Positions 30,959 through 40,389 of a stretch of 64,000 bases of DNA are shown one piece after another. The stretch spans positions 65,671-129,670 of the forward strand of contig NZ_JAVXMF010000001.1 in the NCBI RefSeq assembly GCF_036646415.1. The letters are read 5' to 3'. Source of the stretch: Clostridium sp. (lineage in GTDB: Bacteria > Bacillota > Clostridia > Clostridiales > Clostridiaceae). Within the stretch, counting starts at the first letter, position 1. Every line of letters starts with the position of its first letter. The notes below the pieces were generated by a model. The model was given only the letters and a program-made list of their open reading frames with translations, ran no database searches and had not been told where the DNA came from. A program made the position numbers and the translations under genes.

Positions 30959-33043
30959 ATGTTATTACAAGCAAGTCTAATTAAAATCTTACTTGAAGTC
31001 TTAGGTGGAGTTTTAGGGTTATGGTTTTTGCTATGGCTTTTGGGCTTCAGAATTATTCCAAATAACAAAATTGCCATAGTGGAAAAATGGTGGTCAACAA
31101 AAGGTTCTTTAAAGGAACAAATTATTGCATTAAATGGAGAAGCTGGATATCAACCTAATGTTTTAAGAGGAGGTATTCACTTCAAAACTCCACTAATGTA
31201 TAAAACTCATATTGTTCCACTTGTAACAGTTCCTCAAGGTAAAATTGCTTATGTCTTTGCTAAGGATGGTAAATCATTAGAACCAGCTCAAACACTTGGT
31301 AAAATAATACCTGAAGGACATAACTTTCAAGATGTTAAAGGATTTTTAAATAGTGGTGGACAAAAAGGACCACAAAGAGGAATCATAAGAGAAGGTACTT
31401 ACGCTTTTAACCTAGCTATATTTGTAATAATTACAGAAAATAGAATTTATAGTCTAAAGTCTAGGGATAAAGAAGAACAAGAACCTCTAAACAGAATGGC
31501 AAAGCTTATTACTGAGAGAAATGGATTCGTTCCAGTTATTATTGAAGGTTCTGCTGATCAAGTAGGTATTGTAACTACTCACGATGGCCCTTCATTGCCT
31601 TCTGATAATATTATTTGCCCAACTGTTGGTGATGACCCATCTGATCCAAACTATCATAACAACTTTCAAGATATAGATGCGTTCTTAATAGCTGGTGGAT
31701 TTAGAGGCAGACAGTATCAAGTACTTTCTGATGGTAGTTACCATATCAATAGGTTATTTGCATCAATTGAACTAATTCCAAAAACAATAATTCCAATTGG
31801 ATATTTAGGCGTTGTTGTAAGCTACACTGGAGCTAAGGGCGAAGATTCTTCTGGTAGTGATTATAAACATGGTGAACTTGTTAAAAAAGGTTGTCGTGGA
31901 GTATGGAGTGAAGGCTTAATGCCTGGCAAATACGCTTTCAATACTTATAGTGGTTCTATTATAAAGGTTCCAACAACTAACGTAATATTAAAGTGGATTT
32001 CTAATCAAACTGGTAACCATCGTTTAGATGACAACCTTTCAGAAGTTGCAATTATAACTAAGGATGCCTTTGAACCATTGTTACCACTTTCTGTAGTATT
32101 CCATATAGACTATAAAAAAGCACCGCTAGTAATTCAACGCTTTGGTGATATTAAAATGTTAGTAGAACAAACCCTTGATCCAATGATATCTGCATATTTT
32201 AAAAACATTGGTAATTCACGTACTCTACTAGACATTATCCATGATAGAACAGAAATTCAAAATACAAGTACCCAGGAAATGAAAGAGAAATTTAATCATT
32301 ATAACTTAGAGTTAGAAGAAGTATTAATCGGAACTCCTAGAGGTTCAGATAGTGATAATGCTATAGAGACCATCTTAACTCAATTAAGAAGTCGTCAAGT
32401 TGCTAAAGAACAACTTGAAACTTATGATACACAACAAAAGGCTGCTGAGAAAGAAAAAGAACTTAGAGCCGCTGAAGCTATAGCTAACCAACAAACAGTA
32501 TTAACTGAATCTGACATCAACATTAGAATTCAAGAAAATCAAGGTAAAGCTGAATTGCAAAAAGCTCGACAAGATGCTGAAAAGATTCAAAAACTTTCAG
32601 AAGCTGAAGCATATAAAGTAAAACAACAATCTGAAGCAGAGGCCTTCCGTGTTAAAGTTATAGCCGAAGCTGATGCTGACAAAGAAGCAAGAGTTGGTAT
32701 CTCTAAAGCCATTGCTGCCAAAGAACAAGTTAATGCTTATGGTGGTCCTCAATACAAGGTTATAAGTGATGTCATGTCTTCCTTTGCCAATGCTATTAAA
32801 GAAGGAAAAATTGATATTGTTCCTAAAACAGTTGTTAATTCAGGTGGAGATGGTTCAACATCAAATGCCTTTGAATCTCTAATAATGTTACTCCTAAGTG
32901 AAAAATTAACAAATACTAATTATGAATCAAATTCTATTTCAAGTGAAGAAATAGAAAAATTAAAAAAAGAGTTATTAAATAATCTTAATTTTAATTCTCA
33001 GATTTCCCCTAGTAAAGAACCAGAAGCTATAAATAAAGATTAA
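30959..33043 (+). CDS. Flotillin-like SPFH/band-7 domain protein with an N-terminal transmembrane segment and a long Glu/Ala-rich coiled coil
   Basis: 694 aa. A GGAGG ribosome-binding site lies 8 nt upstream. An SPFH-like core is followed by EA-rich coiled-coil repeats (AEAEAYKVKQQSEAEAFRVKVIAEADADKEAR), as in FloT/YqiK. Confidence 0.7.
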   Translation: MLLQASLIKILLEVLGGVLGLWFLLWLLGFRIIPNNKIAIVEKWWSTKGSLKEQIIALNGEAGYQPNVLRGGIHFKTPLMYKTHIVPLVTVPQGKIAYVFAKDGKSLEPAQTLGKIIPEGHNFQDVKGFLNSGGQKGPQRGIIREGTYAFNLAIFVIITENRIYSLKSRDKEEQEPLNRMAKLITERNGFVPVIIEGSADQVGIVTTHDGPSLPSDNIICPTVGDDPSDPNYHNNFQDIDAFLIAGGFRGRQYQVLSDGSYHINRLFASIELIPKTIIPIGYLGVVVSYTGAKGEDSSGSDYKHGELVKKGCRGVWSEGLMPGKYAFNTYSGSIIKVPTTNVILKWISNQTGNHRLDDNLSEVAIITKDAFEPLLPLSVVFHIDYKKAPLVIQRFGDIKMLVEQTLDPMISAYFKNIGNSRTLLDIIHDRTEIQNTSTQEMKEKFNHYNLELEEVLIGTPRGSDSDNAIETILTQLRSRQVAKEQLETYDTQQKAAEKEKELRAAEAIANQQTVLTESDINIRIQENQGKAELQKARQDAEKIQKLSEAEAYKVKQQSEAEAFRVKVIAEADADKEARVGISKAIAAKEQVNAYGGPQYKVISDVMSSFANAIKEGKIDIVPKTVVNSGGDGSTSNAFESLIMLLLSEKLTNTNYESNSISSEEIEKLKKELLNNLNFNSQISPSKEPEAINKD

Positions 33044-33061
33044 TTAATAGAAATGCATATA

Positions 33062-33102
33062 AAACCAGAGTGGAGTTTAACAAAATTCCACTCTGGTTTT
33101 TC
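33062..33102. terminator. Bidirectional rho-independent terminator between the convergent flotillin and telA genes
   Basis: Hairpin aaaccagagtggag-loop-ttccactctggtttt flanked by A and T runs. Confidence 0.6.
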
Positions 33103-33122
33103 ACTATAATTATATTCTTTTT

Positions 33123-34265
33123 CTATCCTCTCATATTAAGAAGTTTATTTTTCAATGCCTCTTCAATATGGTTTAATTCAGCCTCAGCTTCTTTACGTTT
33201 TTGCTTTCCTTCTGTTTGTATACGAATTACTTCGTCAAGGGTTGAAATTAAGGATTCATTTGTTATACGCAAGGTTTCAATGTCAACAATTCCTCTTTCA
33301 GATTCCTTTGCAGTTTCAATTGTGGACATTTTTAAGGTTTCTGCATTCTTACGAAGAAGTTCATTTGTCATATCCGTTACTTCATGCTGAACCTTAGCCG
33401 CCTGACTAGAGTGAGCGACTCCAAGAGCCAATACCATCTGGCTTTTCCACAGTGGGATAGTGTTTACAATTGTGGATTGGATTTTTTCAGACATCAATGT
33501 ATCATTATTCTGCACAAGACGAATCTGTGGTGCCATCTGAATAGAAATCATCCTTGTTAATTCTAAGTCATGGATTTTCTTCTCAAATCTATTGCAAAGG
33601 GCTGAAAAATCATTTGCCATCTGAGCATCTTCTGGAAGTCCACTAAGTCGTGCTCTTTCTAATAGAATAGGTAACTCCTTTTCCTCTAATTGTGCAAGCT
33701 TCTTCTTCCCTGCCAAAATATACATTAATAGTTCTTTAAAATATACCTTATTTAGTTCATACATCTTATCAAGCATCGCCACATCCTTTAAAAGTTGTAT
33801 TTGATGACTTTCTAAGATGTTGCAAATATTATTTATATTTCCTTCTACCTTATTATATTTTGTTTTCATCATAGTAAGCTTATTAGCATTTTTCTTGAAA
33901 AACCCTAAAAATCCTGATTTCTCTTCTGTAGCATCAAAATTTTTCAGTTCTGATACTACACTTGAAAGCATATCTCCTATTTCTCCTAAATCTTTAGTTT
34001 TTACATTACCTAGAGCTGTTTCAGAAAAATCTGCAATCTTCTTCTGTGCACCTACCCCATATTGCAGAATCATATTAGAATTATTTATGTCAATCTTATC
34101 TGCAAATTCATTTACCATATTTTTCTCTTCTTCTGTTAAATAGCTATCATCTAATACTGGTACCTCTTCCTTTTTCTGCTTCTCAATAATAGGTGCACTT
34201 CCCTCAAAAGGTTCAAAGGTCAATGAGGGTACAATATTTGAACTGTCCTTTATTTCATTACTCAT
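33123..34265 (-). CDS. telA: Toxic anion resistance protein, TelA family
   Basis: 380 aa, all-helical, with a conserved TelA-like core (compare B. subtilis YceH). Confidence 0.75.
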   Translation of the reverse strand: MSNEIKDSSNIVPSLTFEPFEGSAPIIEKQKKEEVPVLDDSYLTEEEKNMVNEFADKIDINNSNMILQYGVGAQKKIADFSETALGNVKTKDLGEIGDMLSSVVSELKNFDATEEKSGFLGFFKKNANKLTMMKTKYNKVEGNINNICNILESHQIQLLKDVAMLDKMYELNKVYFKELLMYILAGKKKLAQLEEKELPILLERARLSGLPEDAQMANDFSALCNRFEKKIHDLELTRMISIQMAPQIRLVQNNDTLMSEKIQSTIVNTIPLWKSQMVLALGVAHSSQAAKVQHEVTDMTNELLRKNAETLKMSTIETAKESERGIVDIETLRITNESLISTLDEVIRIQTEGKQKRKEAEAELNHIEEALKNKLLNMRG

Positions 34266-34286
34266 TATAAACTCCTCCTGTTTGTC

Positions 34287-35489
34287 TTACTTTTTAAAAT
34301 CACTTTCTGTTAAACCTTCCTGTGATAGCATTGTTTCTAGCACAGAAATATCAGAAGAAATATCAAAAGCCATATCTTGGAATAACTTATCTAGTAGATT
34401 TTCAAAGGCAACATTTATGGTATCTAATATATCCTGTATTTCTTGTTTCGCTGTGATAATATTCTCACCTTGAATAGGCTGGGCATCTAGTTCTTTATAT
34501 CCATTTACTAGTTTTAATGTAATTGGAAGATAATACTTCATAAACTTATTAATCTCTGGAAGTTTTTTAGGATGCTTCTCTACGTAATTAAATATTTTAC
34601 TTGTAATTTCTTCTAATACATATAATTTCCTTGAAATCTCTTCCCCTGGTATTGCATCATTAGCTACTTTAATTTGCATAATATAGTTCTTACCTTCATT
34701 AATTACACTTCTTAATTCCTTCATTGCCGGATCTTTTATATTTTCTGCTGCTTTTTCTTCTTCTTGTCGTTTTATTTCCTCTTGTTTACGTAACTCTAAT
34801 CCTTGCTTTGTCATTAAGTATTGTTCATAGACTTCATAATTTAACATAAGGCAAGTTTCTTGATCATCTATATGAGCCTCTGGAAACATTCCTAGGTTAA
34901 TCATCTTCTTTAAATCCTTAACAACAAATTTCACTGGCTTTTTGATATAAGTGGATAGCTCACTAATGAAGCAATAACTTCTACCACGAAGTCCTTTAAC
35001 GTATTGTCTAAATCGTTTTACACGCCTTCTTAACTTTGTTCCTCTTAAAATCATAAAAATACTACTTCCTAAAACCAAAAGGAAAATTCCAACACTAATA
35101 CTATTAACTATTGAATATTTTCCTAAAATAAAATCAATAATTCCATAAACCAGTAGTAACGCTCCAGAAACTACTATTCCTAAAGATCCAAATACCATAA
35201 GCAGCACTCCTGAAACACGTCCATGTGGTTTTTTACAAACTTGTATATTACTCTGATTGCTATTTTTATTTATTGGGTCATGAGTTTCTCTCCATGGATT
35301 ATCTTCCATCCCTCTTTTTTGTTTGTAGGGATCGGTATTAGTCTTTAAATTTCTCCACACTCCACCTAAAGTACTTTCTGCCATATCACCAAGTTCATTT
35401 TTTAATCTAGTAAAATCCCTAGAATTTAATGCATCTTCTACAGTATACTTAATTTGATCTCCTAAATCTAAAAAATCCTTCTTATTCAT
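34287..35489 (-). CDS. Membrane protein with two central transmembrane helices and a C-terminal coiled coil. It may belong to the XpaC-like family often paired with telA.
   Basis: 400 aa. It sits immediately upstream of telA on the same strand, 21 bp apart. Confidence 0.35.
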   Translation of the reverse strand: MNKKDFLDLGDQIKYTVEDALNSRDFTRLKNELGDMAESTLGGVWRNLKTNTDPYKQKRGMEDNPWRETHDPINKNSNQSNIQVCKKPHGRVSGVLLMVFGSLGIVVSGALLLVYGIIDFILGKYSIVNSISVGIFLLVLGSSIFMILRGTKLRRRVKRFRQYVKGLRGRSYCFISELSTYIKKPVKFVVKDLKKMINLGMFPEAHIDDQETCLMLNYEVYEQYLMTKQGLELRKQEEIKRQEEEKAAENIKDPAMKELRSVINEGKNYIMQIKVANDAIPGEEISRKLYVLEEITSKIFNYVEKHPKKLPEINKFMKYYLPITLKLVNGYKELDAQPIQGENIITAKQEIQDILDTINVAFENLLDKLFQDMAFDISSDISVLETMLSQEGLTESDFKK

Positions 35490-35753
35490 ATCTTATCCTC
35501 CCAATTATACCTTTGCAGTTATTCCTAATCCAATCTATATATTTAACTTAATTTGCTTTATATAATAATATATTAAAATAATTATATCCTACTACTATAC
35601 AAATAACAATTTGAACCATATATTTATTAATCTTTTTTAAGTATTATATTTATTACGGTTTCACTTCATTGTACAATCTAAAAATCAAAAATAAGTCATA
35701 TTAAATTAATTCTTAAAATGACTTGTTTTTATTATAGTTTTTATTAATTTTTT

Positions 35754-37205
35754 TTATAATTGATCTTCAACCTTCGTAACTTTACGAGGTCTTCCTTTTA
35801 TATTCTTAGTCTGTAATTCCTTAAGAACCATCTCACCTTTGTTATTTAATACTTCTACAAAGGTAGATACATCAAGTACACTTATAACTCCAATATCATC
35901 AGCAGTCATTCCATCTATACTACAAAGAGTCCCTACTATATCAACAGCTCTCATCTTAGTCTTTTTACCAGCATTAATATGAATCTTCAATATGTCTTCA
36001 CTAAGACATGCACCCTTATCTTCCTTAACCTTAGCTTTCTCTGCTAATTTCTTTTCAAAATCAGCCTTTAACTCTGTGACAATCTTCTTGCTAGGAACTT
36101 TCTTGAAAGTAAGCTCCTTACCTGTATATGAGTTAATCTCAAATATACGTCTTTCATCAGATCCCATTACAAAGGTAATTGCTCTGCCTTCTTTGCCTGC
36201 ACGTCCTGTTCTTCCTATTCTATGAACATAGTTTTCTCTTAAAATAGGTACATCGTAGTTTATTACATGAGTTATACTATCTATATCTATCCCTCTAGCT
36301 GCCACATCTGTAGCTATTAAATACCTAAAGTATCCTTTTTTAAAGTTAGACATCACCCTTATTCTATCATCCTGCTCCATACCTCCATGTATTTTATCAC
36401 ATGGGTATTTAAGCTTTGAAAGTTCACGATAAAGTGTTTCTACCTTAATTTGTGTGTTGCAGAAAATCATACAGCTATCTGGATTTTCTACTGTTGTTAT
36501 ATCCTTTAGAAGGTTCAATTTTCCTGTTTCTTCTACGTTGTAACAATCTTGTACTATTTTATCTACTGTTAAAGTTTTTGATTCAATTTCTATCTTAACA
36601 GGTTCTTTCATGTATTTTTTAGATAAAGTCTCTATATCCTCTGGAAGTGTTGCTGAGAACAGCATTGTTACACGGTCTGTTGGCAAACTTTTTATTATTT
36701 CTTCTATCTGCTCTACGAACCCCATGCTAAGCATTTCATCTGCTTCATCTATTACAAGGTATTTTATATTATCTGTAACAAAATTGCCTTCTTTTATATG
36801 ATCTATTGTTCTACCTGGAGTTCCGACAACTATGTGAGTCTTTTGCTTTAACTCTTTTTGCTGCAATCCAAAGGAGGATTTCCCATAAAGTGCTGGTACT
36901 TTTATTCTTTTAAACCTGCCTATATTAAATACATCTTCCTTAACTTGAATTGCAAGTTCTCTAGTTGGTGTAAGTATTAAAGCTTGTGGCTTATTTTCAT
37001 CCCAATCAACTAATTCACATAATGGAATTGCAAAAGTAGCTGTTTTACCGCTTCCAGTTTGTGATTTAACAAGTACGTCTTTATTTTCTAATGCAACTGG
37101 TATAACTTGCTCCTGTACCTTTGTTGGATTTTTATAATTTAAAATACTAAGAGATTTTAGTATTTCATCACTTAGTTTGTAATCTTTAAAATTTGATTTC
37201 GTCAT
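35754..37205 (-). CDS. DEAD-box ATP-dependent RNA helicase, CshA/DbpA-like
   Basis: Q-motif region, motif [19 protein letters not shown] box, SAT motif, motif [12 protein letters not shown], and a C-terminal RNA-binding extension. Confidence 0.9.
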   Translation of the reverse strand: MTKSNFKDYKLSDEILKSLSILNYKNPTKVQEQVIPVALENKDVLVKSQTGSGKTATFAIPLCELVDWDENKPQALILTPTRELAIQVKEDVFNIGRFKRIKVPALYGKSSFGLQQKELKQKTHIVVGTPGRTIDHIKEGNFVTDNIKYLVIDEADEMLSMGFVEQIEEIIKSLPTDRVTMLFSATLPEDIETLSKKYMKEPVKIEIESKTLTVDKIVQDCYNVEETGKLNLLKDITTVENPDSCMIFCNTQIKVETLYRELSKLKYPCDKIHGGMEQDDRIRVMSNFKKGYFRYLIATDVAARGIDIDSITHVINYDVPILRENYVHRIGRTGRAGKEGRAITFVMGSDERRIFEINSYTGKELTFKKVPSKKIVTELKADFEKKLAEKAKVKEDKGACLSEDILKIHINAGKKTKMRAVDIVGTLCSIDGMTADDIGVISVLDVSTFVEVLNNKGEMVLKELQTKNIKGRPRKVTKVEDQL

Positions 37206-37530
37206 TTAACTTCCTCTTTCTTCATATGATTATATTTGTATTTATCTGATGTCTATCACCTGTAAAACCCCATCTTCATTAAAGTAGATTATAACAGCTA
37301 ACATGACCTTATATAAGTTCTAATAATTGAAATTCATTGCTAGTTATTACTGCTTTAAAAAGTTTCACATAATTCTAGTATAGAAACATAACTAGAACTT
37401 ATTTATTATATCACAGCACACAACAAAAACATTGCCTATATAGCAATGTTTTTGTTGTTGTTATTTTCTGTGACTTATTTCTGACATATCACTACCTCCT
37501 ATAGTAATTTTATATCTTTATCACTTTTCG

Positions 37531-37564
37531 CAAAAAAGTAACCCCTACAAATGTATGGGGTTAC
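37531..37564 (-). terminator. Rho-independent terminator downstream of the Na/Pi transporter gene
   Basis: Hairpin gtaacccc-tacaaatgta-ggggttac followed by a T-run on the minus strand. Confidence 0.55.
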
Positions 37565-37590
37565 TTTATGTTAATTAAAGTTTTTAATTT

Positions 37591-39198
37591 CTATTTAAAA
37601 TTAAGTACTATCTCAGCAATATTATTTGAATGATCTCCAACTCTTTCTAAGTTTGATACTATTTCTAAGAATATAGTACCAGACTCTGGATTACATTCAT
37701 ATTTATTAAGACGTCCTATGTGTTCTGCTCTTAATTGTTTATTAATATCATCAATTTTATTTTCTGTTTCAATTACCTTTTTAGCTTCTTCAACATCAGA
37801 ATTTTCTAAGGCAACAACAGCACTATCGATAGCATATTTTGCACTTTCATACATATATTTTAAGTCTTTTATAGCTTTTTCAGAGAACTTAATGTTACCT
37901 TCTATTTTACTTAGAGCAAGTTCTCCAAGATTTTCAGCATGATCTCCTACTCTCTCAATGTCATTAACTACATGGAAAAGAGAAGTAATTATTTCAGATT
38001 GTTCTTCAGACAATGATGTATTTGATAGAGCAACCATATAAGATGTTATTTCTCTTTCAAGATAATTAACAAGTTCTTCATGCTCATTTACACAAGCAAG
38101 TAATTTTTCATCATTATTTATGAAAGCATTTACTGCATTTGTTAAGTTTTGTGATGCAACATTACCCATTCTCACTACTTCTTTAACAACTTGTCCAACT
38201 GCAATAGAAGGTGTTTCTAATAATCTTCTATCAAGATGCTGAAGTACTAATGCAGATGATTTTTCATCTTCTCCTGGAATTAACTTTTCAACTATTTTAA
38301 CCAATACTCCAATGAATGGAACTTGAATTATTACGTTTGATATATTAAATAAGGTATGGGCATTGGCAATTTGTCTTTGTATATCTCCACCAAATTTTGG
38401 TATTATTGTTAATACCAATGGTAATGCACACATAAAAATTATAGTTCCAGTAAGATTGAATATAAAATGAATTAATGAAGCTCTCTTTGCATTTCTAGTA
38501 GTTCCAATACTTGCTAAAAGTGCAGTTACACATGTTCCTATATTATCTCCAAAAAGTATTGGAAGTGCAACTTCAAGAGGTATTCCATTATTTGCAGCAA
38601 GTGCCATTAAAATTCCTATTGTAGCACTACTACTTTGAACTGTAGCAGTCATAGCAAGTCCAACTAAAACTCCCATTACAGGATGTTTACCTAAAACTAA
38701 AATAAGATTTTTGAAACTCTCCAATTCTCTTAATGGTGTCATTGAATGTTCCATCATACTCATACCAACAAATAAAATACCAAAACCAAGAACAATTTCA
38801 CCAATATCTTTAGTCTTCTTTTTCTTACTAAAAAGAACCATACAGACACCTATAGCTAAAATAAATGGTGCTATATCAGATAATTTGAAGGCTATAAGCT
38901 GAGCTGTCATTGTGGTACCAATGTTAGCTCCCATTATTACTCCAGCAGCTTGAAATAAATTCATAAGCCCTGCATTAACAAATCCAACAGTCATTACAGT
39001 TGTAGCACTACTACTTTGAATTATAGCTGTTACTCCAGCCCCTACTATAACTGCGAGAAATCTATTACTTGTTAAAACTTCTAGTATTCTCTTTAGTTTA
39101 GCACCTGCTGCCTTCTGTAATCCGTCTCCCATCATACTCATTCCATAAATGAATAAACCAAGACCACCTAATAATGAAAAAAACATCTTATAGTTCAT
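37591..39198 (-). CDS. Na/Pi-cotransporter family protein (NptA-like) with C-terminal PhoU-like domains
   Basis: 535 aa. Duplicated Na_Pi_cotrans hydrophobic repeats are followed by two PhoU-like helical domains. Confidence 0.85.
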   Translation of the reverse strand: MNYKMFFSLLGGLGLFIYGMSMMGDGLQKAAGAKLKRILEVLTSNRFLAVIVGAGVTAIIQSSSATTVMTVGFVNAGLMNLFQAAGVIMGANIGTTMTAQLIAFKLSDIAPFILAIGVCMVLFSKKKKTKDIGEIVLGFGILFVGMSMMEHSMTPLRELESFKNLILVLGKHPVMGVLVGLAMTATVQSSSATIGILMALAANNGIPLEVALPILFGDNIGTCVTALLASIGTTRNAKRASLIHFIFNLTGTIIFMCALPLVLTIIPKFGGDIQRQIANAHTLFNISNVIIQVPFIGVLVKIVEKLIPGEDEKSSALVLQHLDRRLLETPSIAVGQVVKEVVRMGNVASQNLTNAVNAFINNDEKLLACVNEHEELVNYLEREITSYMVALSNTSLSEEQSEIITSLFHVVNDIERVGDHAENLGELALSKIEGNIKFSEKAIKDLKYMYESAKYAIDSAVVALENSDVEEAKKVIETENKIDDINKQLRAEHIGRLNKYECNPESGTIFLEIVSNLERVGDHSNNIAEIVLNFK

Positions 39199-39344
39199 AT
39201 ACTTACTCCTTCTTAAAATATTGATTATAAATCTACTAATTAAAAATACAATTATCTTTTAAATTATTACTTATGAATTTTATAGTTTCCACCTTAATTT
39301 TATGCACTGAATTTATTAACAAATTATCAGCATGTTAATATTAT

Positions 39345-39410
39345 CATGATGATGTTAAGTTTATATTAGGCATTGTTAAGTATATGTTAAGTATTGTTAA
39401 GTATGTTTTA
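39345..39410 (-). promoter_or_regulatory. Candidate Pho-box: 4-5 direct repeats of TTAACA-like hexamers at 10-11 bp spacing upstream of the Na/Pi transporter gene
   Basis: The plus strand reads tgttaagtttatattaggcattgttaagtatatgttaagtattgttaagtat. On the minus strand this gives ACTTAACA repeats resembling B. subtilis PhoP half-sites TT(A/T/C)ACA. Confidence 0.35.
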
Positions 39411-39566
39411 TGTTTTATTATAATTTTTCTTCTATGGTATTGTAAAATACCCCTCAATTAAAAAACTTTTAAATTTTAATATATCCTCATCATCATCAGT
39501 AGTTTATTAGCTGTAATTTATGGTAAAATATACTTAGCAATTTCAATGTTATAGGAGATATTAATT

Positions 39567-40328
39567 ATGCATGAATTTGAGTTTATCAAAAACAAAACTG
39601 TAGGAATTATATATGACGTTATAATCGGCTTTTTATCTATTATTGCAGTCTTTGTAGTTATATTTCAATTTAACAATAATCTAACTAATTACCAAATAAG
39701 TATGTTAAATTACTTTGATAATATAATATATGTAATATTTTTATTGGATGGTATAGTTAAACTATTTTTGTCTAGTAATTATAAAAAATTCGTTATGGAC
39801 AATAAAATAGATTATTTAGCGCTAATCCCCCTTCAGTTTTTTATTGTTGGAGATTTTGGAAGTATATTCAAGCTTCTAAGGGTAGCAACCTATTTTTTAA
39901 GAATAATTGATAATATGAAAGTCTTTTTATTTAAAACTTGCTTCATCCAAATTATTATAGGAACTGGTATAGTAACATTCTTTGGCTCTTTATCACTATA
40001 CTTTTTTGAAAAAGGTGGAGAGGCAATCTCTACATATGGAGATGCTCTATGGTTAAGTTTAGTTACCTTAACCACCGTTGGTTATGGTGATATAAGCCCT
40101 AAAACTTCTGCAGGAAAAGTAATTGCTATTTTATTAATGCTTACAGGTATAGGGTTTTTATCCATGTTAACATCAACAATTTCATCTTACTTAATTTCAA
40201 TAAAAGATCAAAGGGAACCTTTATGTATTAAAAATAATGATAGAGAATTTATTGATATTACTAATTTATCAGATGAAAAAAAGGCTAGCTTAATTAGCTA
40301 TTATAAATTCTTAAAGGAAGAAAATTAA
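39567..40328 (+). CDS. Potassium channel protein, 2TM/6TM-type pore domain
   Basis: Selectivity filter TTVGYGD. Several transmembrane helices are present. Confidence 0.8.
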   Translation: MHEFEFIKNKTVGIIYDVIIGFLSIIAVFVVIFQFNNNLTNYQISMLNYFDNIIYVIFLLDGIVKLFLSSNYKKFVMDNKIDYLALIPLQFFIVGDFGSIFKLLRVATYFLRIIDNMKVFLFKTCFIQIIIGTGIVTFFGSLSLYFFEKGGEAISTYGDALWLSLVTLTTVGYGDISPKTSAGKVIAILLMLTGIGFLSMLTSTISSYLISIKDQREPLCIKNNDREFIDITNLSDEKKASLISYYKFLKEEN

Positions 40329-40389
40329 GCTAAATTATTAAATAATTAATAATTTAGCTTAATGATTTTTAATAACAATATTATTTTAA

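Noticed and set aside
33070-34143. Plus-strand ORFs 33070..33390, 33155..33397 and 33817..34143
   Set aside because: They are antisense shadow ORFs inside telA.
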